Assembly: GCF_001194135.2 (NCBI RefSeq) | Contig: NC_068988.1 | Coordinates: forward strand, 47,295,586-47,359,137 | DNA length: 63,552 bases | DNA from: Octopus bimaculoides | Lineage: Eukaryota | Direction of reading: 5' to 3' | In this document: piece by piece, positions 13,157 through 24,469 of the stretch | Layout of the letters: the number at the start of each line of letters is the position of its first letter | How positions within the stretch are numbered: position 1 is the stretch's first letter | The notes under the pieces: model-generated | Seen by the model: the letters and a program-made list of their open reading frames with translations, nothing else | What the model was told of the DNA's origin: nothing | The model's database searches: none | Position numbers and translations under genes: made by a program

Positions 13157-13738
13157 CAATAGTACCACTCACGCATTCAGCTATGCACATTGAATACCTT
13201 ATGCAGTTCTCATCCAACAATATACACATAGCTTCCGGAACATATACACTTGCATAATCAGTATCCAATAATATATCACAACACTTACTCTCACATAATC
13301 AACACCGAATATTATAAAACAACAACTCACGTAACTCGAATTCTGCATAAGTGCCATATACAGAAACGTACGCCAACACTAAAATATATCTAAACAAAGA
13401 TGGGCTCCTTATCTGGTATCTCAACCTGCTACAAATAACCAACGAATCTCCTTGAAATGATCTAGTTCATCTTAACCCATTACCTACCAGTGATCTCATA
13501 TGAGATCACTTAAAAATTACAAATTTCGTAATTATCTGCCAATATTTACACATATCTAACCTTTTTGCTATATCTACTAGGTATATTTCTCTCATATTCA
13601 AATATGGTTTGCTAATTTTTTACCCAATATCTCGCTTATTTCTATTTAAAATGTTATTATGGTCATTCCAGCGTGTTTCTAAGGCTGTTTTATGCTAGAA
13701 ATCAAAGTTTCATAAAAAAAATTTCCAGTTAATAGAAA

Positions 13739-13973
13739 AGGCGGCGAGCTGGCAGAAACGTTAGCACGCCAGGCGACATGCTTAGCGGTATTTTGTCTGC
13801 CGCTACGTTCTGAGTTCAAATTCTGCCGAGGTCGACTTTGCCTTTCATCCTTTCGAGGTCGATTAGATAAGTACCAGATACGCACTGGGGTCGATATAAT
13901 CGACTTAATCCGTTTGTCTGTCCTTGTTTGTCCCCTCTGTGTATAGCCCCTTGTGGGCAGTAAAGAAATAAGA
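13739..13973 (+). mobile_element. tRNA-derived SINE type A, near full length
   Basis: AGGCGGCGAGCTGGCAGAAACGTTAGC head with B-box-like GAGTTCAAATTC, central GCCGAGGTCGACTTTGCCTTTCATCCTTTCGAGGTCGAT block, tail ending AAGAAATAAGAA. Inverse copy at 16984-17201. Confidence 0.9.
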
Positions 13974-14422
13974 ATTATGGGAGGTAATGGGTTAAGCAAG
14001 AACACATTGGATAATGTGTTCTTTCGTTACAAACCTCTACACATTACGGATAAAGTTGAATTGTGACAGCCTGATTGCCTTTCATTGATCGTTGGTCTGC
14101 ACGATCATAACCGTTCTGCGGTTTAACTGGAAAGAACCTCTAAGTGCCGTCTCATATAACTCCAGCCACTCAACATGTGAATAACTCAATCACCATTCAT
14201 CAAAATAAACACCTCTCGCATTGAACATATTTTGTACACATACGGCCCCACATAGCACTAGCCAACCACACAACACGCAGTCTACAGCAGTAATTCTGAA
14301 ATGGTGCACCATAGCACAAGGGTGTACAGGACGGCTAACTAGGGGAATCGCAGAAATTTTTAAAGTGTTATCATACTTTGCGAAAGCGATTGAAACATTT
14401 GTATAACTTGGTAAAATATGTA

Positions 14423-14526
14423 GGTGTAGACGTGGCTGTGTGGTAAGAAGTTTCGACCCTAACCGCAAAAACCAACCGTAAAAAGCCATTACGGTTGATT
14501 TCTTAGAGGCGAACTGAAAAAGCTCG

Positions 14527-14532
<6 letters not shown>
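14423..14532 (+). mobile_element. SINE head B remnant with internal deletion
   Basis: GTGTAGACGTGGCTGTGTGGTAAGAAG...GAACTGAAAAAGCTCGTC then (TA)n. Confidence 0.55.
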
Positions 14533-14557
<25 letters not shown>

Positions 14558-14577
14558 AACGATAAACGTCACCCTTT

Positions 14578-14733
14578 CAAAGCCTAGCCAGTCTCATGGG
14601 CCCGATTTCCCGGTTTCTATGGCGTATGTGTTCCCCCCAGCTAGACGGAACGCCAGTCCATCGCAGCGTTACTCAAGAAACAGGAAGAAAGAGGGAGAGA
14701 AAGTTGGGGCAAAAGAGTACAACAGTGGTCGCT
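14578..14733 (-). mobile_element. SINE 3' portion (D-related), truncated by gap
   Basis: Minus strand reads CTGCGATGGACTGGCGTTCCGTCTAGCTGGGGG...AGAAACCGGGAAATCGGGCCCATGAGACTGGCTAGG, a block I recall from V/Meta-type SINEs. Confidence 0.5.
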
Positions 14734-15063
14734 NNNNNNNNNNNNNNNNNNNNNNNNNNNNNNNNNNNNNNNNNNNNNNNNNNNNNNNNNNNNNNNNNNN
14801 NNNNNNNNNNNNNNNNNNNNNNNNNNNNNNNNNNNNNNNNNNNNNNNNNNNNNNNNNNNNNNNNNNNNNNNNNNNNNNNNNNNNNNNNNNNNNNNNNNNN
14901 NNNNNNNNNNNNNNNNNNNNNNNNNNNNNNNNNNNNNNNNNNNNNNNNNNNNNNNNNNNNNNNNNNNNNNNNNNNNNNNNNNNNNNNNNNNNNNNNNNNN
15001 NNNNNNNNNNNNNNNNNNNNNNNNNNNNNNNNNNNNNNNNNNNNNNNNNNNNNNNNNNNNNNN

Positions 15064-15363
15064 NGTCTGTATTTCATTCCCCCGTCATCACTTCACAACC
15101 AGCGTTGGTGTGTTTACGTTGGTGTGTAACTTAGCCGTTCTTTGTGTTTGTGTTTGTTCCTAGCCTCAACTTGAACACCGGTGTTGATTTTGTCGGTTTG
15201 TTTACGCCTTTGTAAAATGCTGGTTCGGCAAATCGAGACCGATTGAACAAGTGCGAAACTTAAAACAAACTAAGTACTGGTGAAGATTTCTTCGACAACA
15301 CCGTGCAAGGAAGTGCTCCAGCATGGACACAGTCCAATGACTGAAACAAATAAAATATAAAGA
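15064..15363 (+). mobile_element. SINE tail C with partial internal duplication
   Basis: GGTGTGTTTACG...GGTTCGGCAAA...GTGCTCCAGCATGGACACAGTCCAATGACTGAAACAAATAAAA. Confidence 0.75.
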
Positions 15364-15751
15364 CGTGTATGGACGCAATCATAACTGAGTGGTTAAAATA
15401 GTCGCAGCTCTGAGGACCCAGACTTAATCCCATTGTATAACATCTTTAGCTGGCGAAATTGCTAATACCTCGGATTGCTCCAATCCTTGAGAACGACAGA
15501 AACTGAATCGAAAACTGTCAGATCTAATGCACTTGTAATTCAATGGTCCAGTTTTGTAACACTTTTGCTGTGATTAATTCTACCTGAAAAGTAAGAGTAT
15601 AGGTGTTTGTGTGTAGCATTCAAAAACCTCACACGCTAAATCAATTGTCCTGTTAATTGAACTTCTGAATGCTCATATATCTAAGTCAGGGTGTACATTG
15701 TCATCATACTCGAGTGAAATAAATAAAACGAAAAAAAGGAATTGTTTACTA

Positions 15752-15861
15752 TTGGCGCAGGCCAACAGTAAGAATTGTGCTTCCGGACCACATGGTCTGG
15801 GTTCATACCGACTGCATGATACCTTGCAGTAGGACAAAATCTGCAAAAAGCTCGTCGTTCA

Positions 15862-15892
<31 letters not shown>

Positions 15893-16060
15893 GTGTGCAT
15901 GTGTGCACCTTTGAGTCTGTGTTTATCTATCGTCATCGTTTCACAGCCAGCCTTGGTGTGTTTACGTCACAATAACTTAGCGGTTCCGCAAAGAGATCTT
16001 TCAATTGGGTGCTCCAGAGTGGCTGCAGTCTAATGACTGAAACAAGTGAAAGATAAAAGC
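15752..16060 (+). mobile_element. Composite SINE B + (CATA)n + C, diverged and deleted
   Basis: GGCGCAGG...CCACATGGTCTGGGTTCA...(CATA)n...GGTGCTCCAGAGTGGCTGCAGTCTAATGACTGAAACAAGTGAAAG. Confidence 0.7.
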
Positions 16061-16454
16061 TACTTTGGTATTTATTTCTGAATTTAAGCTTTGAAACATT
16101 TTTTTTACTTATACATTTTCTATGCAGAATATTTTAGTAATTTTTTTTATAACACAGCGTGAAAATGAACGAAAACTGCTGTTTTGCAGCTCTAACACCC
16201 AGAAAAAAAACACCTATTCTACACAACGGTCATCCTACATAACATCAATTACACCAGACATATAAACAGAAACCCCACCCAACAAAATAATTCAACTCAT
16301 TTTTCACATACTCCACGCAACAAACATCCTTGGACGTAATTGAACAACCATTCTCAAACAGATGAGATTATGGGTTGTACTATTCGTTTCTCGATCGCTC
16401 AGTACAAAGCATGGTTGAGGAGATCTCATTTCGAGTGACTTTTCCTGAGTCTGT

Positions 16455-16630
16455 AAACTCATTCTCGTATTCAACCCGTCATAAGGTTACCAATTAAAAT
16501 CCGAGTGGACTAGAGCAACGAGAAAGGAAGTGTTTTGCTCAAGAGCACAACGCCATATTTAGTCTGGGATCGAAACCACTATCCCGCGTTCGCGAGTGCA
16601 ACACCTCTAACCACACGGTGACGCGCCTTC
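16455..16630 (-). mobile_element. tRNA-derived CORE-type SINE, working type D
   Basis: Minus strand: GAAGGCGCGTCACCGTGTGGTTAG...GGTTTCGATCCC...GCGTTGTGCTCTTGAGCAAAACACTT; co-linear with 33097-33389. Confidence 0.8.
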
Positions 16631-16830
16631 AAACAAAGCAATAAAGTAACAGCAGAAACAACAAAATTAATCCACTCTCCCCCAAATGCTATTCGAATGT
16701 AGAATATAAACACATTTCACGTTCATAAAAAAGCAATAATGCATAAACTATATAGGCGTAGGAGTGGAGAGGGGACAAACACAGACTCACAAATACACAC
16801 ACGCTCACACATACACATGCACACACATAT

Positions 16831-17231
16831 ATATACGACGGGCTTCTTTCAGTTTCCAGTTTCCGCCTATCAAATCCACTCACAAGGCTTTGGTCGGTCT
16901 GAGGCTATAGTAGAAGACACTTGCCCAAGGTGCCACGCAATGGGACTGAATCCGGAACCACGTGGTTGGGAAGCAAATTTCTTATTTCTTTATTGCCCAC
17001 AAGGGGTTAAACATAGAGGGGACAAACCAGGACAGACAAAAGGATTAAGTCGATTACATCGTCCCCCAGTACGTAACTCGTACTTAATTTATCGAGCCCA
17101 AAAGGATCAAAGGCGGAATTTGAACTCAGAATGTAACGGCAGACGAAATACTGCTAACCATCTCGCCCGGTGTGCCAACGTTTCTGCCAGCTCGCCGCCA
17201 AGAAGCAAGCTTCTTGCCACACGGCCACGCC
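16831..17231 (-). mobile_element. SINE B interrupted by a nested SINE A
   Basis: CORE-like CACTTGCCCAAGGTGCCAC at 16918-16936; the head resumes at 17202-17231 after the insertion. Confidence 0.9.
16984..17201 (-). mobile_element. SINE A nested in SINE B head
   Basis: Reverse complement of 13739-13973; flanked by GAAGCAAATTTCTT (16970-16983) and GAAGCAAGCTTCTT (17202-17215). Confidence 0.88.
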
Positions 17232-17238
17232 ATTGTCC

Positions 17239-17301
<63 letters not shown>

Positions 17302-18360
17302 TGCACACACATATGTATACACATATGCTTATTTATATATATATATATATATATATTAGCCATAACGGCCCGTTTCAGGCTGGTGCAGCACCCATCGCTT
17401 TGAGTAATCGGTGTATTTTCATCTTATCATGCCTGTATATCCAGAGCCAAGTGTTTTTGTTGGGCTTTTCTATGTGTTGAATCTCTTGTTAGTGGATCAA
17501 TGAACTGTCAAAGTATACTCTACTTTGGTCGTACCATTTTGCAGATGGCTGATCAGAGAAACCCTAACAAACGACATTCCCAGAAGATCTGCTTCTCTTA
17601 TTTCCAAGTTGGAGGATGTAGAATATAATTTCCTGCTTGGATTAACAGCATAATGTGTGCAAAGGATACAAAGCAAAACATCAACCTGGTTGACTATCAC
17701 CTTATACACCCTATCATTACGTATCTATAAATCCCGCACAAATGCATACCTATTCATACACATATAGATAGACATATTTTCATAGACAATATCATGAGAT
17801 GCTATCTTTGGTTCAGTGTTTATGCTACACGCTTTATCATTTGTTCCATTGTATTATCTGTGAGGTATAGGATACAACTTTGTGTGAAATCAGCTTGAGT
17901 GCCTGACATAGATTAATGTGAGATCTTTAGGAACATTAGTGTGCATGCCATTTGTGATTTGAGTCATTTCGTGGGAAAAAGGATCGTGACTAGAGCAGTG
18001 TTGTTATTACTGTTGTTGTTGGGGTACGGTGGTTGTAGTAGTGGTCATGACATTGATGACCTGCTGTTTCTAAAATTCATTGGATGATACTGCAAATACC
18101 GATATTTGAAACTATATATCCGATAATAGTTTGTGATTTTTTTACATAAACACAAGAACTCAAAATTAAGGGAAGGGATTAGAAATTAAAATCGATCTCT
18201 TTCTTGACCTTTATTTAATTTTTATCGTCAGATGAAGGGGAAAAAAAAGAAGAAAATATAATAAATAACGAGTCCGGTGGGATTTAAACATAGCTGTTAT
18301 AAAACGTACTTGAATATGTAATCAGAAAATGAAATTATCTGGATGACAATAGTGATAGGA

Positions 18361-18578
18361 CTCTCTCTTTACTCTCTTTTACTCTTTTACTTGTTTCAGT
18401 CGTTTTGACTGTGGCCATGCTGGAGCACCACCTTTAGTCGAGTAAACCGACCCCAGGACTTATTCTTTGAATGCCTAGTACTTATTCTATCAGTTTCTTT
18501 TGCCGAACCCCTAAGTTACGGGGACGTAAACACACCACCATCGGTTGTCAAGCGATGTTGGGGGGGACAAACACACAG

Positions 18579-18625
<47 letters not shown>
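18361..18625 (-). mobile_element. SINE tail C plus (CA)n, running into gap
   Basis: TTACTTGTTTCAGTCGTTTTGACTGTGGCCATGCTGGAGCACC...CCGAACCCTAAGTTACGGGACGTAAACACACC; inverse of 32660-32867. Confidence 0.9.
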
Positions 18626-19850
18626 NNNNNNNNNNNNNNNNNNNNNNNNNNNNNNNNNNNNNNNNNNNNNNNNNNNNNNNNNNNNNNNNNNNNNNNNNNN
18701 NNNNNNNNNNNNNNNNNNNNNNNNNNNNNNNNNNNNNNNNNNNNNNNNNNNNNNNNNNNNNNNNNNNNNNNNNNNNNNNNNNNNNNNNNNNNNNNNNNNN
18801 NNNNNNNNNNNNNNNNNNNNNNNNNNNNNNNNNNNNNNNNNNNNNNNNNNNNNNNNNNNNNNNNNNNNNNNNNNNNNNNNNNNNNNNNNNNNNNNNNNNN
18901 NNNNNNNNNNNNNNNNNNNNNNNNNNNNNNNNNNNNNNNNNNNNNNNNNNNNNNNNNNNNNNNNNNNNNNNNNNNNNNNNNNNNNNNNNNNNNNNNNNNN
19001 NNNNNNNNNNNNNNNNNNNNNNNNNNNNNNNNNNNNNNNNNNNNNNNNNNNNNNNNNNNNNNNNNNNNNNNNNNNNNNNNNNNNNNNNNNNNNNNNNNNN
19101 NNNNNNNNNNNNNNNNNNNNNNNNNNNNNNNNNNNNNNNNNNNNNNNNNNNNNNNNNNNNNNNNNNNNNNNNNNNNNNNNNNNNNNNNNNNNNNNNNNNN
19201 NNNNNNNNNNNNNNNNNNNNNNNNNNNNNNNNNNNNNNNNNNNNNNNNNNNNNNNNNNNNNNNNNNNNNNNNNNNNNNNNNNNNNNNNNNNNNNNNNNNT
19301 TGAATAGTGCCCAGTCAACGGTCATTATATATATATATATATATATAGACAAAGATAGTTATGGTCAGTTCATAGGGTTACCTAGGGATTCACGTCCGTA
19401 AAACGTTTGTATACACACACACGCACACATATAATTACTCGTACTTTGTTATTAATGTCGAACGAATGAGAAATGGGTGCTTAACACCTATTGTGGAGGG
19501 AAGCTTTTTTAATATTAAAACTAAACCTAAGTATTTTAATATATGTGAGAATGTTTGTGTGTGTGCGTGTGTGTGTGTGTATGTGTGTGTGTGTGTGTGT
19601 GTGTGTAGTATTCAAACACCTCACAAGCTAAATCAATTGTCCAGTTAATTGAACTGCTGGATGCTCATATATCTAAGTCAGGGTGTACATTGTCATCATA
19701 CTCCAGTGACATAAATAAAACGAATAAAAAGAATTGTTTACTATTGACGCAGGCCAATAGTAAGAATTGTGCTTCCGGACCACATGGTCTGGGTTCAGAC
19801 TCACTGCATGATACCTTGCACTGGGACAGAATCTGCAAAAAATTCGTCGT

Positions 19851-20157
19851 CAGCTGTTCACTACCAGTGAACTTAGGTAACACCTCTTATTTTTTGAGCA
19901 CCTTGTGGAGTATTCGACCGGTTCCAAGCAGTGCTGTTTTCTGCAAGTGCTCCTCCCTTATTGCAGCCACTATTTGTTCCACGTATCTCTCGAGATTTAT
20001 GCTCACTGTTCCCAGGGTTGCGACGATTATTGGTATTACTGCTAACTTTTTCATCGACCACAACTGCTTAACTTCCCAAGCTAACCTGTCATATCTCTCA
20101 ACTTTTCTTTCTTCCTTATCGCATACCTTGTTGTCAGCTGTGCATGCTATATCTATG
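19851..20157 (-). mobile_element. R4/Dong-like non-LTR retrotransposon 3' fragment 1 (restriction-like endonuclease end)
   Basis: IDIACTADNKVCDKEERKVERYDRLAWEVKQLWSMKKLAVIPIIVATLG...LQKTALLGTGRILHKVLKK*, typical of the R4-clade C-terminus. Confidence 0.85.
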
Positions 20158-20171
20158 ATTATTATTATTAA

Positions 20172-20213
<42 letters not shown>

Positions 20214-20250
20214 CATTATTACTATTATTATTATTATTATTATTATTATT

Positions 20251-20414
20251 GTTCAGTAATTTTATTTTTATAATGTGCTTTCACTTCACTACCGAGCGCA
20301 GCTCTGTGCGCCTTGGGTATGTGCTGTGGTTTGCTGTGGTGCTCTTATGTTTACTGTATTGAAAGTGTTTTGCGTAGAATGTGTGCAGTACCCAGTAGTG
20401 CAATTTTCTGTATG

Positions 20415-20416
<2 letters not shown>
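20251..20416 (-). mobile_element. R4/Dong-like 3' fragment 2 (extreme 5' truncation)
   Basis: NIQKIALLGTAHILRKTLSIQ* plus ~100-nt 3' UTR; (TAA)n on both sides (20158-20250, 20417-20486). Confidence 0.85.
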
Positions 20417-20486
<70 letters not shown>

Positions 20487-21216
20487 TAAGACGTCACACA
20501 GTCTCCAATGTCAGGATGTTGTTGGTTGAAGATATTGTGTCTGTCAAGTCACAACAAGGACCTCAGACAGACAGCATTTCATGCAATATGCGTGCAGTTC
20601 TAGGTAACTCTGATTTTTACAATACACCTAAATCGAAGGGTATTTCTAAAGTTTCCAGATATTTCTTCATGTTGGGTGGTATTGAACGCAATTCTTCCAT
20701 GACAACGAGGAGAATCTTTGTGTTTCACTCTTGTGGCTGCCACATCTTTTCGACTTCAATTCTCAAGTCCCTATATTTTTTAAAAGTCTTCTCTTTTTCT
20801 TTCATGGTAATATGTCGATCTCCTGGCACTGCCACGTCGAATATTAGGCACTCTTCTTTGTCCCTCCTAAAGGTTACTTTATCCGGCCTTCGTTGCTCTA
20901 ACATCTTGTCTGTTGCAGAGGATTTTTGCCTTCCATTTTTCGTCCATTACCTTTTCCTGTGTATGTTGGTTCCACGCACCCGTTACCTCGTATCTATACT
21001 TCCGGCATTGTAACCAGTGAAGGTTTTGGGCTACCTAGTGTCTTTCTACGCAAGGCTTTCTCAAGTATTAACAATGTGAGTCACGGTTTCGAACCACTTC
21101 TCGCATATTCTGCAGAGGTTCGTTGCACTTGTATGGTATATATCCCTTTTCAGTGTGAACTAGGGTTTCAGTCTTCATTAATAAAACAGTGAGTTGGCAG
21201 AATCTTTATTTTCGGC
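20487..21216 (-). mobile_element. R4/Dong-like 3' fragment 3 (CCHC knuckle + RLE), pseudogenised
   Basis: CRICEKWFETVTHIV...VAQNLHWLQCRKY...RRPDKV...LIFDVAVPGDRHITMKEKEK..KKYRDLRIEVEKMW...TARILHEMLSV* (stop at 20563-20565); (TAA)n at both ends. Confidence 0.9.
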
Positions 21217-23770
21217 ATTATTATTATTATATAAGTATGTACTTGCTAGCGTGGCTATTTTTGTCTGCTTATATATACTGGTCTAAACATTTTATTTTGA
21301 AAAGTATTCCCTAATCGAGGTTTACTCATTGAAGTTGTCTTATATCAGAACTTAATACATTCTTATTCAAAGACATCGTGTGTGGGGGTGTGAGCGTGCG
21401 TGTGTATATATTTGTATGTATTTGTATGTGCGTGTAAATATATTCCTATGTATGTATCTATGTCTGTGTGCGTGTGTGTTTGTGCAAAATGTTGCTGCAT
21501 GTGCGTATAACAAAACATGTGCGTATGCATTTGTGATTGTTTATACTTACGTAATGATCAAAATATTCACAGACAGTATATGAAGTTGAAGATGAAGTAG
21601 TACTAGCAGTAGAAGCAGCAGCACCAGCAACAACAACAACAACTACACCGGTAGTGTCACTCCTTCTTATTACTTCTGGTGAGAAAAGTTTGGCATCAAG
21701 CCAAATGAATATCTTGTACAAGACAATTTATCTTAGAACTATTGACATTCTGCTCAGAGGTCAACTCCTTTGAAAATGGGTCTCTCTCCACATTTCTTGC
21801 CAAAAGATTGTGGACTCTAGCAAGACACTGATTTACAAAACGTTCGGTTTTCATTAGTGTGCAATTAACAAGAAGTTTGACCTTTTTCTGACGAGAGGGT
21901 TGACATTAATTTTTAGAAAAATTTCCTAAACATATATTGCATTGCATTAAGAAAATAAATATCAAACCAGATTCCAGAAGATATTCTCAAATCATTGATT
22001 ATTGCTAGTTCTCTTAGTTTTTAGGATTGGTTTTTGTCTCCGTAAGTGGTTTATAATACAGCTTGAGCATTTTTCAAAGAATTTGGACAACATGCATGCT
22101 AGATCACACGCAGTGAATTAGCTAATAGATATTCTTGAGACTCAACATCATAGATTGTAAGAGAAATAAAAATTTGAACTGATAATTGAGTAAATTTATG
22201 AACAGCCATAACCTTTGATTAATCTTCGTGTTATTATTGTTCTAGTTATGAGATATACTTGGTCAACTCTGATTGATTAATCAAACCTCAAGTAAACTAT
22301 GGAGTAAAGAAAACATTTGATTAAAGTCTCTCCAATTGTGATGTTTCAATTTCTTTGTGAAACACTGAATAATATTATAAACTTTAAAACGTAAAATATT
22401 TAGTTCCATTTGTATGTGAAGTAACGTCTTGCTGAAGCTATATTTTGTAAGCATGTCTGGTAGATCTTAAGAATATCAAAAGTAAACAACTGAGCTATGT
22501 TTGGTTGCTTACTTTGCAAGAAGTAACCCCTAAATACCCATGAAATAACATACTAATGTGTTTAAAGAGGAAACTTACAGAGATTTGAAAAACATGTGTT
22601 TCAAACATTCATATAAATTAGAACATTGTTTATGTTGTCAAATAAATGTAGATATGACTGCGTTTAAAGAACTTTTTGGTTATTTCGACTGAATATACGT
22701 CACTGTTTATGTTGCTTGCTTTGTTACTGTTATTTTACAATAGAATATACGTTTCACCTGCATAACGTCTACAACGTCTGACATTAACGATGTAAAGAGA
22801 CACCAGGTTATCTTTAGTAAGTATCCAAGAGTGAATTGATGCAGCAAAACACTCAATATCTAGTGTTTCCTGTAAAGTTAAAAACGCATCATCGCTCAAG
22901 TAACTGATGAAATCAAATGACAGAATTTCCTGATTTGGAGCATAGACAAAGTCAGCTATCTGTTGTGGAAGGAATCCGACCACTCTCAAGTGACGAAAAG
23001 GTAGACTGACTCATTGCTATAAAACAAAGAACTGTGAGCAATTGGAGAGTTCGGGTTGGTAAGCGGTTTTCTGTGAGCCTTTGATATAGAGCGTTGAGTC
23101 TCGTGTAATAGTAATACTAGTGTGACGTGTATATACTTACTTCCTCACTGCTTCGTTATATTATATATCCAATACAAGGATATAAAACTATAAAATGATA
23201 CAAAACGCCTCCTAGGCAGTTGTTTAACTGAACTGGCTATATAGCGAGCCAAAATTCCCTATTGACCACGGTTATTATCGTAAGAAAATAGATGTCTGAC
23301 CTCGGTAGAATAATAATAGTAATAATAATAATAATAATAATGATGATGATGATGATGATGATAATGATAATGATAATAATAATAACAATAATATTAATAA
23401 CAAGAACAATAATAATAATTACAACAGTAATCTTTAAACTAGTTTTAATTTACTTGGTGTAATTAGAATAAATAGTCTGACTCTAAATAAATACGTGGTG
23501 TGAGAAGAGCAACAATATATCAATGATAAACATTATTTTACGTTTTATTCGTAAGAAGCGTAACTCCTATACTATCTTTTCTGTAGAGAACAGACTCCGG
23601 TGCATATGTGGTAGTAGTTGGAGAATATATGTGTGTGTGTGCGTGTGTGCGTGTGTGTGCGTGTGTGTGCGTGTGTGTAAAAGGTTGAAGAGGAACACAC
23701 GAGTAGATATATATATGGAAAAATGACAAACTAGAAAATGCTAAAATAATTTTAGAAAAAACATTTCAGT

Positions 23771-23866
23771 ACCAGTTTCGATCCTTGAGATCTTTTCAAC
23801 AGTAAATATGGATAAATTTTGTTATCAATATTTACTGTTGAAAAGATCTCAAGGATCGAAACCGGT
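23771..23866. repeat. Near-perfect inverted repeat (39-bp arms, 1 mismatch) containing hammerhead-like motifs
   Basis: 23771-23809 is the reverse complement of 23828-23866 except one base; inner GATAA/TTATC closes a 6-nt loop; abuts the gap at 23867. Confidence 0.95.
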
Positions 23867-24382
23867 NNNNNNNNNNNNNNNNNNNNNNNNNNNNNNNNNN
23901 NNNNNNNNNNNNNNNNNNTATATACACAGACATATACATATATATATATAGATATATAGATGTAAATAAAGATATATATATTTATTATTGTTATTATTAT
24001 TATTATTATTATTATTGATATTAAGCAAGAAAATGGAGAGATTTAATAGATAAAATTATTTTATTAATTGATTAACATCGCCGACAATTGTTTCAACTCA
24101 CACTCTAAACAAATTGCAAAATATATGCAATAAAATATGTTTGCATTTTGAAGATTTCGTGTGGCATATTATCAGGGCGAAAGGACATTAAGGAAGTTAG
24201 ATGTTGACAGGTTAACAAACTAAGTAGATGAAAGTATGTTTAGTTATTTGAGCGCACGCTTGTGCGTGTGTGTGTGTGTGCGCGGATCAATATTTTTCTT
24301 AACATATAATAAAATAAAATATATAAAAATATTTAAATATGTAATGTACACATATAAACATAAAAATAAAAATCGTCTGTTA

Positions 24383-24444
<62 letters not shown>

Positions 24445-24469
24445 ATGTATATATATACACATGCATATT

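Noticed and set aside
13430-13470. FQGDSL on the minus strand, like an RT domain 4 motif
   Set aside because: Six-residue match with no flanking RT motifs.
17497-17709. 70-aa minus-strand ORF and overlapping plus-strand acceptor at ~17543
   Set aside because: No family motif, and no matching donor with an open frame.
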